In this document: piece after piece, positions 40,442 through 52,250 of the stretch
How positions within the stretch are numbered: the stretch's first letter is position 1
Layout: every line of letters begins with the position of its first letter
NCBI GenBank assembly: GCA_964016885.1
Contig: OZ024741.1
Span: forward strand, 377,270,001-377,334,000
DNA length: 64,000 nt
Direction of reading: 5' to 3'
Source: Eledone cirrhosa
Taxonomy: Eukaryota
Notes under the pieces: model-generated
Databases searched by the model: none
What the model was told of the DNA's origin: nothing
What the model saw: only the letters and a program-made list of their open reading frames with translations
Translations under genes and position numbers: made by a program

Positions 40442-43400
40442 GTTCGTTGAATCTCAGTCATTGATGTTAGTTAACTGGAAAGTTTGTTGAAATGAATATC
40501 AAGCCACTACCTGCAGCCTCAGATATACAGGACATTTCGGGGGGCCTTGCTGTTCCCAGCAAGCATGCCTTTTGAAGCATTCCAAAAAGCGTCAAGGGGC
40601 CAATTTTCTTTAACCATCCCTGGAAACTTTTTGAGATAGTACCTAGTGCACCTATGACAATCGGGACCACTTTGACTTCATCGCAGTTCCAAATCCTTTT
40701 TACCTCCCACTTTAGGTCCTGGTATCGGTTAATTTTCTCCCTCTCCTTCTCTTGCACTCTCGTGTCGGAAGGGCAGGCCACATCCACAATCAGGCACGAT
40801 ATTTTTTCTTTGTCCAAAACACCAGGTCAGGTCTATTGTGTTCCAGTTTCTTGTCCGTCTGTATCCTAAAATCACACAGCACCTTCACCTGATCGTTTTC
40901 TATCACCGCCTCTGGCTTATGCTCATACCACTTCTCAGAATGTGGTAAATTGTTTACTTTGCATAGGTGCCAGTGGATCACCCTGCCCATCACATCATGT
41001 CTCCAGGCCTTATAGTGAATCTGGGTTAGGTGTTTACACTCGGATACAATGTGAGCCACAGTCTTCTCTCTCTCTCCACAGATCCTGCACAGTGGGCTAG
41101 CCTCCTCCTTGTAAATATGGTGTTTCAACCACTTCTTTTTGAGGGCATGCTCCTGCGCAGCCATTAACATTCCTCCTGTAGCCTTTTTAAAGTCTCCTCT
41201 TTTCAACCAGTTCCATATCTGTGGATCTCTGAATTCAGTTTTCTCAAAGAAGGTACTATGAAGGGATTTTTCATGAAGGCTGCTCTTTCTCATTCTTGTT
41301 ATTTCCTCCTTCGACATACCCTGGTCTATTGTCCTCTCCTTCAGTACTGTTCTGAACATTGGCAGTTTACCCTCAGTCACGTATTTGTGTAGGTTGTTTT
41401 TCTCCATCTGAACACAGTCCGCTATGCTGATAAGACCTCTTACACCTTCAGATCTCCTATCGACATCACTCCTCTTGTTTGAACATGTCAATAGCTTCCT
41501 AGTCTTCCTATCCATTTCTTTTGGTTCAGCAACATTCCATCTCAGAATTCCCGCACTGTACCTAATAATAGACACAGCTCGGGAATTTACTGCACTTATG
41601 GCATTCCTACTGTTCAGATGTGACTTTAATACGCTCCTTACTCTCCGAATGTATTCAGATCTTATCAATTCCTTCATTTTTTTGTTCTTGATGTCATCAG
41701 CCTCCAGAATACCCAAATACTTGTATCCTTCTTCAGTGTGAATTTCCTTTATCATCTCACCTGTTAGTACCTTGATTCCGTTGCTTCTGCTCAATTTACC
41801 CCCACTTCATCACAAGGACTCCACACTTACAAATACCAAATTGCATAAATATATCATTGCTGAAAATACGGACAGTGTCGACAAGCACATCCAACTCCTT
41901 ATCACTCTTCCCTAAGAGCTTAAGATCGTCCATGAAGAGGAGGTGATTGATGGTAAGCTCTCCTTTTCCCAACTTGTATCCTGCTCCCACTTTTCGCAGT
42001 ATAATGGTCAGGACCATCAGGGCAAGGACAAACAACAGAGGGGATAGACTATCTCCCTGGAAGATACCTCTCTTGATCTTCACGCCACCCAAGGATTCTC
42101 CAGCTGATGTTAACTCTGTTTTCCAGGACTTCATACTTTTGCCCAACAACTGTCTGATGTTATCTGCCACCTTGAAGATCTCTAGGCTTTTGGTGATCCA
42201 AAAATGAGACACCATGTCAAATGCCTTTTTTGTAGTATATCCATCACATGGCAAGACCAGTGTGTCTCCTCTTGCAATTCCTCATTACCATCTTATCAAT
42301 AAGTAACTGGTCCTTTGTATCACGGGACTTCTTTCGGCATCCTTTCTGTTCGTCCGGTAACAAGTTGTTTGTGTGGAGGTGATGGTAGATTTCCTCAGTC
42401 ATAATGCTTGCCAACAGTTTCCACATTATGGAGAGACATGTGATAGGTCTATAGTTGGTAACATCATTACTCTTGATTCGGTCTTTCATTACCAGAACTG
42501 TGGTACCTTTTGTCAACCACTCTGGCACCTCACCTGACATCAAGCAGTCATTGAACATGGTTGTCAGTTTCGGGTGGAGGGATGTTCTATTTTTAATCCA
42601 ATACCCCTGCACACCCTCTGGGCCTGTTGATTTCCAGTTGGTTAGATTTTTGGCCTGCCCCTTAAGAGTTTCAACTGTGATACTCAAATCAGTTTGTTGG
42701 TGTGCCTGTTCACTAATCTCCTTCTGTACTGTCTCAATCCACACTCTCTGGTCATTATGTTTAACATCCTGCTCCCATATTCCTCTCCAGAATGTCCTAG
42801 TTTGTTCGGCCTCAGGGATCAAGTTGTTGCCTCTTTCTTTCCATTCAAGCTGTCCAAACAGCATCTTCTGGTTGTTGTGAAACATGCGGTTCTGTCTATA
42901 CTGACTGACACTGCTCTGGTATCGCCTAATTGTTGCACTCTTTGCTACAATGCGTTGCTTCAGTTCCTCTATGATAATATTTATTTTTTTTGCTCCTAGT
43001 TTTGTACTTTATTTCCAGTCTATTTTTAGTGTCTATGTTTTTTAGTGTCCCATCCAGTAGTGACTCAAGCTTTCCAATGGCATATCTCATTTCCCTGATT
43101 TGACCATTCAGTCGTTTCTTCCACCAATGTTCTGATCTTTCTTGTTTGTTGTTTCCTCTTGCTTTTATACCAAGTAATTTCCTCACCGCATTTGCTGTTG
43201 CTTTGAGGATATTGTTGCACTGGTGAAGGCTCCTCGCCTCAAGGTATGGGATGACTTTGTTTACCTTAGCTGTTGTTTCTTTTAACTTTTTCCTTTCTAC
43301 AAATACTAGGTTCATAGGTTTCCCACTATCATTGTTCATTTCAACTTCCACGAAGTTTAGAATATCAACCAAATCTTCTCCTAGCCCGTCAGCATTCATC

Positions 43401-45378
43401 TCCTCAATGGCCGTATCTTTGTTCCAGGTATTATTTATTTCAGATCATTGTCTGCTTCGGATAGTTCCTCCGTTCTCTCAACCTCTTCACCTTCATTTCC
43501 CACTGGCTCGTTTGCCTAGCATACTCCACTCTCCATTTCCAAGCTAATCTCTCTGCTCAGTTCCTCCAGTTCCAGCTCGCTTATCCACCCATTAGTTCTT
43601 ATTACCCGAGCCTACCCGGCCAATTTTTGTTCATCTAATTTAAATAGACCAATCTCGTTCCAGATGTTATGCATCCGTTTCCTATAGCCTCTCTCCCTGG
43701 GGTTACTCTTCAGGTAACATTTCATAACGGTTCTATTCAATTCTTTCATCCAGTTGGTTCTGGTCCCTTTCCTTCTTCTTCCTCCGACACCAGCAGTATT
43801 TGGTTTTACAGCCAGGTCCCTGCTGCTGAGCCAGGGAGCAGCTGCTGGGTGAGAGTCTGTCACATGACATTCAAGTCTCCACTTCAACATTATTCGAACT
43901 GTTTAGGTTCGACATTTAAACACTCTTATCGAGGATTGGTGAATGTATGGTTTCATAACCACTGGTGATTTCATCACTCCCGGTGATTTTTGTGTGGCAC
44001 TATCACGCTGTAGACGAAGATAAATAAACAAATAAACAAACAGGCCAAAAAAAAAACCCCAAAAGAATAAGCATAAGTTTCAATGTAATGTAATGTTTGA
44101 ATGTCTGACTTAGTTTTTCCCTTCTCTTCTCTGTATGTCTGTTTGTTCTTCTCTTCATTTTTCTTTTCTTTACTTTTTTTGTTGTTGCTGTGCTGTTTTG
44201 ATTTTGATTTCTGGTTTTTTTATTTATTGACCGGGTCATCAAATTAGTCTATTTATATATTTTGATGCCTTCCTCTTTTAGTGGGGACACTACGAAGCAT
44301 GCCTTAGTAGGAGTTAGTGGGAGAGAATAGCAGCGGTAGTGATAATGAGGCAGTGGTGGTGATGGTGGTGGTGGTGCTGTGCTAGTAGTACTTAGCAGGA
44401 GGTAGTGGGAGAGAATAGTGGCGGTAGCGATAATGAGGCAGTGGTGGTGGTGATATGATAGTAGTACTTAATTCATGGTGTTGAAGTTGAAGTAGAAATA
44501 GAAGATGAAGTAACTTGACTAGAGTTTTCAGCGTGGTAGTGATGGTGGTGCTGGTGGTGAAATTATCTTCTCTGTCCACTTAGCCATTTAGCTATTTAGC
44601 TATTTAGCCATTTTGCCATTTTCCTCTTTTTCGACTATAACATTCCTGATCGAAAATTAAATATTAATATTGTCTAGTGATACGGCCACCTTCCCCTTTC
44701 GTAAGTTAACAGAAGGTAATGTGGGAATAGTGGTGGTAGCAATGAAGGATTGGTGGCGGCGGTGATGGTATAGTGGTAGCAATGATGGATGGAGTGGTGG
44801 CGGCGGTGACTATAGTGATGGCGTTGTCGTTACTGAGTTTTGTTGAATAGACTGTAGTTTGTTTGATCGGTGTATCTATGCGGTTTGTCGCGTATGTTTA
44901 ATATATGTGTTGACATATTAGCTTAATATTGGTATTAAATATTTTGTGAAAACTTGAGACAATAAGAATAGTAATTATTATTATTATGCTGGGATTGGTG
45001 GTGGTGGTGGTGAAATTGCCGTTATCTGGCTGTTGTATTTCGTGTACACAGAGGGGAGATGGGATAGGTGGTGTATCTAGTTTGTGGTGTTGGTGAAATT
45101 GCTGTTATTTGGCTGTTCTATATAGTATAGACAGAGGGGGTTTTCTTCCATTTATAACCATTTTCTTTTTTGAATATAAAATGTATAATACAATATTAAA
45201 TATTTGAGCGATATAACAGGATATTATGGATCCGAATTTTCTGAGAGTTGAGTCTGGTGCTTTATGTATCATTTGTACTAAGAATTGTTATTTCACAATT
45301 GATTTAAATATGTTAAAAATCAAAAACTTAGGGGAGGGATTTCATGACCTTCTATCCACCACGGGCGTCTTCTTCCCT
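40442..45378 (-). mobile_element. R4/Dong-clade element, full-length decayed copy
   Basis: ORF fragments 43612-43890, 42926-43399, 42244-42885, 41796-42254 (LLFMDDLK), 40790-41794 and 40467-40817. The 5' end (agggaagaagacg) matches that of the next copy. (TTA)n flanks. Confidence 0.95.
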
Positions 45379-45420
45379 TTTTCATTACTATTATTATTAT
45401 TATTATTATTATTATTGTTA

Positions 45421-48400
45421 TTGTTATTCCTTGAATCTCAGTCATTGATGTTGGTTAACTGGAAAGTCCGTTGGATTGAATATCAAGCCACTACATGCAG
45501 CCTCAGATATTCAGGACGTATCGGAGGGTTCTTGCTGTTCCAAGCAAGCATGCCTTTTGAAGCGTTCCAAAAAGCGTGAAGGGGCCGATTTTCTTTAACC
45601 ATCCCTGGAAACCTTTGGGGATAGTCCCCAGTGCGCCTATGACAATCGGGATCACTTTGACTTCATGGCAGTTCCAAATCCTTTTCACCTCCCACTTTAG
45701 GTCCTGGTATCGGTTAATTTTCTCCCTCTCCTTCTCTTGCACTCTCGTGTCGAACGGGCAGTCCACATCCACAATCAGGCACGATCTTTTTTCTTTGTCC
45801 ACAACCACCAGGTCAGGTCTATTGTGTTCCAGTTTTTTGTCCGTCTGTATCCTAAAATCCCACAGCACCTTCACCTGACTGTTCTCCATCACCGCCTCTG
45901 GCCTATGCTCATACCATTTCTCAGAATGTGGTAGATTGTTTACTTTGCACAGGTGCCAGTGGATCACCCTGCCCATCACATCGTGTCTCCAGCCCTTATA
46001 GTGGGTCTGGGCTAGGTGTTTACACTCGGACACAATGTGAGCCACAGTCTCCTCTCTCTCTCCACAGATCCTGCACAGTGGGCTAGCCTCCTCCTTGTAG
46101 ATATGGTGCTTCAACCACTTCCTTTTGAGGGCCTGCTCCTGCGCAGCCATTAGCATTCCTTCTGTAGCCTTTTTGAGGTCTCCTCTTCTCAACCAGTTCC
46201 ATGTCTGTGGATCTCTAAATTCAGTTTTCTCAAAGAAGGTACTATGAAGGGATTTTCCCTTAAGGCTGCTCTTCCTCCTTGATGTTATTTCCTCCTTGGA
46301 CATCCCCTGGCCTACTGTCCCCTCCTTCAGTACAGTTCTGAGCATTGGCTCCTTACTATAGGTCACGTATTTGTATAGGTTGTTTTTCTCCATCTGAACA
46401 CAGTCCTCTATGCTGATAAGACCTCTTTCACCCTCAGATCTCCTTAGGTAGAGTCTATCGACATCACTCCTCTTGTGGAACATGTTGTAGATAGTCAATA
46501 GCTTCCTAGTCTTCCTATCCATTTCTTTTTGTTCAGCAACATTCCATCTCAGAATTCCCGCACTGTACCTAATAATAGACACAGCTCGGGAATTTACTGC
46601 GCTTATGGCATTTCTGCTGTTCAGATGTGACTTCAATACGCTCCTTACTCTCCGAATGTATTCAGTTCTTAACAATTCCTTCATTTTTTTGTTCTTTATG
46701 CCATCAGCCTCCAGAACGCCCAAATACTTGTATCCTTCCTCAGAGTCAATTTCCTTTATCATCTCACCTGTTGGTATCTGGATCCCGTTACTTCTGCTCA
46801 ACCTACCCCTCTTCATCACAATGACTCCACATTTACCAATACCAAACTGCATACATATATCACTGCTGAAAATACGGACAGTGTCAACAAGCACATCCAA
46901 CTCCTTCTCACTTTTCCCGAAGAGCTTAAGATCGTCCATGAAGAGGAGGTGATTGATGGTAAGCTCTCCCCTTCCCAACTTGTATCCGGCTCTCACTTTT
47001 CGCAGCATAATGGTCAAGGGCATCAGGGCAAGGACAAACAACAGAGGGGACAGGCTATCTCCCTGGAAGATACCTCTCTTGATCTTCACGCTTCCCAAGG
47101 ATACTCCAGTTGATGTCAACTCTGTCTCCCAGGACCCCATACTCCTGCCCAGCAACTGTCTGATGTTATCTGCCACCCTGAAGACCTCCAGGCTTTTGGT
47201 GATCCAGGAATGAGGCACCATGTCAAATGCCTTTCTGTAGTCTATCCATCCCATGGCAAGATCAGTGTGTCTCCTCCTGCAATTCCCCATTACCATCTTA
47301 TCAATAAGTAACTGGTCCTTTTTACCACGTGACTTCTTTCGGCATCCTTTCTGTTCGTCCGGTAACAAGTTGTTTGTGTGGAGGTGATGGTAGATTTCCT
47401 CAGACACAATGCTCGTCAACAGTTTCCACATTACGGGCAGACATGTGATAGGTCTATAGTTGGTAACATCATTACCCTTGATTCGGCCTTTCATTATCAG
47501 AACTGTGGTACCTTTTGTCAACCACTCTGGCACCTCACCCGACACCAAGCAGTCATTGAACATGGCCGTCAGCTTCGGCTGGAGGGATGTTAAATGTTTA
47601 ATCCAATACCCCTGCACACCATCTGGGCCTGGTGATTTCCAGTTGGTTAGTTTTTTGGCCTGCCCCTTAAGAGTTTCAACTGTGATACTCAAATCAGTTT
47701 GTTGTTGTGCCTGCTCACCGATCTCCCTCTGTACTGTCTCAATCCACCCTGCCTGGGCATTGTGTCTAACATCCTGCTCCCATATTCCTCTCCAGAATGT
47801 TTTAGTTTGCTCCGCCCCAGGGATCAAGTCGTTGCCTCTTTCTTTCCCCTCAAGCTCTCCAAACAGCATCTTCTGGTTGTTGTCGAACATGCGGTTCTGT
47901 TTATACTGACTGACTCTGTTCTCGTATCGCCTGATTTTTGCACTCTTTGCTACAATGCGTTGCTTCAGTTCCTCTATGATAATATTTAGCTTTTTCCTCC
48001 TAGTTTTGTATTTTATTTCCAGTCTATTTTTAGTGCCTATGTTTTTTAGTGTCCCATTCAGTAGTGACTCAAGCTTTCCTATGTCATTTCTCATTTCCCC
48101 GATTTGCCCACTCAGTCGCTTCTTCCACCACGGCTCTGCTCTTTCTTGTCTGTTGTTTCCTCTCGCTTTTATACCAAGTAGTTTCCTCACCGTATTTGCT
48201 GTTGCTTTGAGGATATTGTTGCACTGGTGAAGACTCCTCGCCTCAAGGTATGGGATGACTTTGTTTACCTTAGCTGTTGTTTCTTTTAACTTGTTCCTGT
48301 CTACAAATCTTAGGTTCATAGGTCTCCCACTATCATTGTTCAATTCATCTACCACTAGATTTAGGATGTCAACCGAATCTTGTCCTAGCCCGTCAGCATT

Positions 48401-49973
48401 CATCTCCTCAGTGGCCGTATCTCTGTTCCAGGTATTATTTATCTCAGTATTCAGATCATTGTCTGCTTCGGGTGGTTCCTCCGTTCTCAGAACCTCCTCA
48501 CCTTCATTTCCCACCGGCTCGCTTGTCTGGTATACTACACCCGCCATCTCCAAGCCATTCTCTCTGCTCGGTTCCTCCAGTTCCAGCTCGCTTATCCACC
48601 CATTAGTTCTTATTACCCGAGCCTGCCCGGCCAATTTTTGTTCATCTAATTTAAATAAACCAATCTCGTTCCAGATGTTATGCATCCGTCTCCTGTAGCC
48701 CCTCTCCTTGGGGTTACTTTTCAGGTAGCATTGCATAACAGTTCTATTCAATTCTTTCGTCCAGTTGGTTCTGGCCCCTTTCCTTCTTCTTCCTCCAACA
48801 TCAGCAGTATTTCGTTGACAGTCAGGTTCCTGCTGCTGAGCCAGGGGGCACCTGTTGGGTGAGAGTCTGTCACATGACGTTCTAGTCTCCATTTCACCGT
48901 TATTCGAACTGTTTATGTTCGATATTTAAACACTCTTATCGAGGATTGGCGAATGTATGTTTACATAGCCATCTGTGGATCCGCCATCCCACTTGGCCCT
49001 TGTGTGGCATTATCACCACGCTGTATACGGACACACATAAACAAACAAACACACGGGCAGAAAGGGCCCCAAAAATGAATAAGCATAAGTTTCATTGTAA
49101 TGTAGTATTCGAATGTCTGACTTAGTTTTTTGTTTTTTAAGTTTTACTTTTTCCCCCCTCTTCTCTGTCCGTCCGCCTGCTTCTCTCTTCATTCTTATTT
49201 TCTTTACGTTTTGGGGGTTTCTTTTTTTGTTTTTGTTTTTCTCTGTTTGTTTTTCTCGTTTTTTGCTGTTGTTGCTGTGCTGCTTTGGTTTTGTTGTTTG
49301 TTTTTTCTTTTTTCTTTTGAGTCTATCTATATATTTTGATGCCTTCCTCTTTGTTAGTAGTAGGGATTCTATAATGTGGAAGTAGTAGTAGCAGCCAGCA
49401 GGGAGAAGTGGGAGAGGGCGGCGTTGGCGATACTGAGACAGTGGTGGTGGTGATGTCGATACCGAGGCAGTGGTGGCGGTGATGCGACCGTATTACTGTA
49501 GTGATGGTGCTGTAGCGGTGGCAGCAGCAGTGAAGGAGTCAAGGGGTGGTGGCGGCGGTGATGGGATAGTGGTGGTAATGATGGCCGTAGTGAGCGGTGG
49601 CGGTAAAGGTGAAAATGCTGTTGTGTTTAGTGTACACAGATGATGGGGTGGGTGGGGTATCTAGTTTCTGGTGTTGGTGAGTTTAGCTGTCCTATATAGT
49701 GTAGCCAGAGGAGAGGAGGGGGGGGGTCTTCTTCTTCCATTTATAGCCATTTTTTTTTTTGGATATACAGTGTACAATACAAAGTTGAATATTTGAATAT
49801 TTGAGCCTTATAACAATATATTTTGGGTCCGAATTTTTTGGGGCTCAAGCCGGGTGCTTTACGTAGCATTTGTACTAAGAGTTGTTAATTCACAAATGAT
49901 TTAAATATGTTAAAAATTCAAAACTTACGGGAGCGACTTCATGACCTCCGTCACCTCGTGCGTCTTCTTCCCT
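45421..49973 (-). mobile_element. R4/Dong-clade element, full-length apparently intact copy
   Basis: ~1.1 kb 5' UTR, single uninterrupted ORF, ~80-nt 3' UTR, (TAA)n on both sides. Confidence 0.97.
45503..48892 (-). CDS. Non-LTR retrotransposon polyprotein: RT, CCHC knuckle and restriction-like (PD-D/ExK) endonuclease, R4/Dong clade
   Basis: 1129 aa open: [94 protein letters not shown]. Confidence 0.96.
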   Translation of the reverse strand: METRTSCDRLSPNRCPLAQQQEPDCQRNTADVGGRRRKGARTNWTKELNRTVMQCYLKSNPKERGYRRRMHNIWNEIGLFKLDEQKLAGQARVIRTNGWISELELEEPSRENGLEMAGVVYQTSEPVGNEGEEVLRTEEPPEADNDLNTEINNTWNRDTATEEMNADGLGQDSVDILNLVVDELNNDSGRPMNLRFVDRNKLKETTAKVNKVIPYLEARSLHQCNNILKATANTVRKLLGIKARGNNRQERAEPWWKKRLSGQIGEMRNDIGKLESLLNGTLKNIGTKNRLEIKYKTRRKKLNIIIEELKQRIVAKSAKIRRYENRVSQYKQNRMFDNNQKMLFGELEGKERGNDLIPGAEQTKTFWRGIWEQDVRHNAQAGWIETVQREIGEQAQQQTDLSITVETLKGQAKKLTNWKSPGPDGVQGYWIKHLTSLQPKLTAMFNDCLVSGEVPEWLTKGTTVLIMKGRIKGNDVTNYRPITCLPVMWKLLTSIVSEEIYHHLHTNNLLPDEQKGCRKKSRGKKDQLLIDKMVMGNCRRRHTDLAMGWIDYRKAFDMVPHSWITKSLEVFRVADNIRQLLGRSMGSWETELTSTGVSLGSVKIKRGIFQGDSLSPLLFVLALMPLTIMLRKVRAGYKLGRGELTINHLLFMDDLKLFGKSEKELDVLVDTVRIFSSDICMQFGIGKCGVIVMKRGRLSRSNGIQIPTGEMIKEIDSEEGYKYLGVLEADGIKNKKMKELLRTEYIRRVRSVLKSHLNSRNAISAVNSRAVSIIRYSAGILRWNVAEQKEMDRKTRKLLTIYNMFHKRSDVDRLYLRRSEGERGLISIEDCVQMEKNNLYKYVTYSKEPMLRTVLKEGTVGQGMSKEEITSRRKSSLKGKSLHSTFFEKTEFRDPQTWNWLRRGDLKKATEGMLMAAQEQALKRKWLKHHIYKEEASPLCRICGEREETVAHIVSECKHLAQTHYKGWRHDVMGRVIHWHLCKVNNLPHSEKWYEHRPEAVMENSQVKVLWDFRIQTDKKLEHNRPDLVVVDKEKRSCLIVDVDCPFDTRVQEKEREKINRYQDLKWEVKRIWNCHEVKVIPIVIGALGTIPKGFQGWLKKIGPFTLFGTLQKACLLGTARTLRYVLNI

Positions 49974-49991
49974 TAATTATTATTATTATTA

Positions 49992-50031
<40 letters not shown>

Positions 50032-50351
50032 GGCCGCACATGTGTGAAGACAGTACAAATCTGCGGGGGAAAAGGTTCGTAACTTTAAGCTGTTTTAAAG
50101 TGTCATTTTTTGTATTTTCTTGTCGTTAACGAAACTTAAGGTACATATCTTGATTTAAAGCGAGGGATACCTCTCAATATTCGGGTTTTAAGCCCGAATA
50201 TTCAGATTTATTTTTAAAAACTTCGAAAAAAATCGCTTCCCCACCAAAAGAAAATTATGGAAATGTTCGACCTTGAAACGGTAAACAACGTTCAGGTCAA
50301 AAGTTTAAAGGCAGCCACTGTAGATTTCACGAAACTACGACGGCTACAGTC

Positions 50352-52250
50352 ATGCCTGTCATCCACTCTACTAAATGTGAAAGCAAAACTCAAAAGCTTC
50401 CGTCACAACCTTCTGTGATAGCAGCAGTATCATCTGAAAACGTCATCACCACCACCGCCACCACCACCACCGCCACCACCACCACCGCCACCACAACAAC
50501 AACAACTCAGAGCAATAACGACAATAACACCGACAGCTTCAATGTACACACGGATGGCGGTGGCAACACCAATAACAACAGCAAGAATGACAACACCAAC
50601 AATAAGAGCATCAGAAACACCACATTTGTTGCAGCAGCATCAAAAACAAAGCGCTTATTGAATATTGATATTGATATTAGCGATAAAGACGAACAGTTGG
50701 CCAAAGCGTGGAGGCTAATTAAACGGGAGGAGTCCTGGGTTAACCTGATCATCCCGGACGAGGCAATAGCGGCCATGCAAAGGAGGACGGTGTTATTTCA
50801 ATGTATTTCGGTGCAGACACGAAAAGTGGAACTTGCGAGCCAAGCAGAGGTAGAGGCTGCTTTGGAGTACATCGGAAGTAACATAGAGTACAAAGCAAGA
50901 GGCAAACAGTTCGGTACCATCTCGGTACTGTTCAAAACCGAGGCCCTCGCTATTAAGCACTCGGTGACACCCTGCAGAACGGAACGCATTATCATGCATC
51001 CGTCCTACATGGCTAAAAGGACAGTAAAGGTACGCATTCCCAGCATCCCACCAGGAATGAACATATGGTGGCTGCTGGGATGCGTAATGGAGGAGGGGAC
51101 AGACACTACCCTCCTGGATATCAAAAGGACAGAGAGAGAGGACTTGTCCGGAATGGATTTGGAGATTCTTCTCCAAATGAAACCGGAAGATATGAATAAC
51201 ATCCCGGATTTTGCCCGCCTGCAGAAGGGACAACAATGCAACTAATCATTGACGGAAGAAGGCCACGCTGCTTCGTCTGCGGGGAAGCAACGCATCTTCA
51301 AGCCATCTGCCGCTCAGCGCAAATATGCACGGGGACGCAAACATCCTTTGTTGCCAACGCCAGTGTCAGCACGGAAAGCTGCACCACCACCACCACCACC
51401 AAAAACAACACCAACACAAACACGGAAACCAACATCAAAAGCAACCGGATCACCACCAACAGCAAAACCAATCCAAGGAGAAAACGAGGAAAGCTCTCCC
51501 ACTCCCCCTACCCCCCCCCCCCAATTATACACATAGACAAAAGAATAAACGCACACACAGACACAGACCCGTTGTCTTCCAGCAGCGAAGATGAAGGAAA
51601 ACCCAAAATTACAAAAAAAACAGAGAAAACTCACAAAAAGAAGCCCCAACAAAACGCAAAACCATACACAACAAAAAATACAGACACCACTAACGCAAAC
51701 ACTTCCCCAATAACATCGTCACCAACAGCAACATCGACACCATCTCCACAATCCCCGAAACGCAAACAACCTAAACAAACACAAGTACAAATAAACACAC
51801 AAATACCTGAAATTGCAGACACCACACCTACAACAAACATAGACATACCCGAAACAACACCACCAAAACCATCGCCACCACAGTCACCAAAACGAAAACA
51901 AATAAAACCACACCAACAAAATGTTAAAAAATTCGTGCTTGTCAGAAGGGCCAACGATAAACTGATGGCCCTCTTAGCGCGAAGCGAGGATATTCAAACA
52001 GAGGGGGATATCTTTGAAATGAGCACATTTTGCGTGCCAGAAGATTTGCTTATGGTCCGAATGTCACTCAATTCCTTCAAAGAAATTCGAGAGAGCTTTC
52101 CTCAAGACGTGGGAACCCCGAATGTGAAACCCACATCAAGATTGTTAAAGGGGTTCCCAAAAGAAACCCCACCAATGGAGGTCGAACCACCCGACCTTCA
52201 CAAGACCCGTAAGGTAAGTAAACCTTCCCTCTCTCTCTCTCTTACCAATA
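50352..52250 (+). pseudogene. ORF1 of Tx1-like element B (frameshift near 51240)
   Basis: ORFs 50352-51245 and 51236-52435; knuckle CFVCGEATHLQAIC and T/N/P-rich linkers. Confidence 0.82.

Noticed and set aside
44580-44622. 8-bp tandem repeat (ttagc(c/t)at) in a Dong 5' UTR
   Set aside because: Present in one copy only; likely local slippage.
46605-48862. Recurrent plus-strand ORFs antisense to Dong (repeated at 59-64 kb)
   Set aside because: Shadow frames of the RT ORF; they recur only because the element copies are near-identical.
49880-49973. HDV-like ribozyme at the Dong 5' end (as in R2)
   Set aside because: I could not identify the nested double-pseudoknot pairings by eye.
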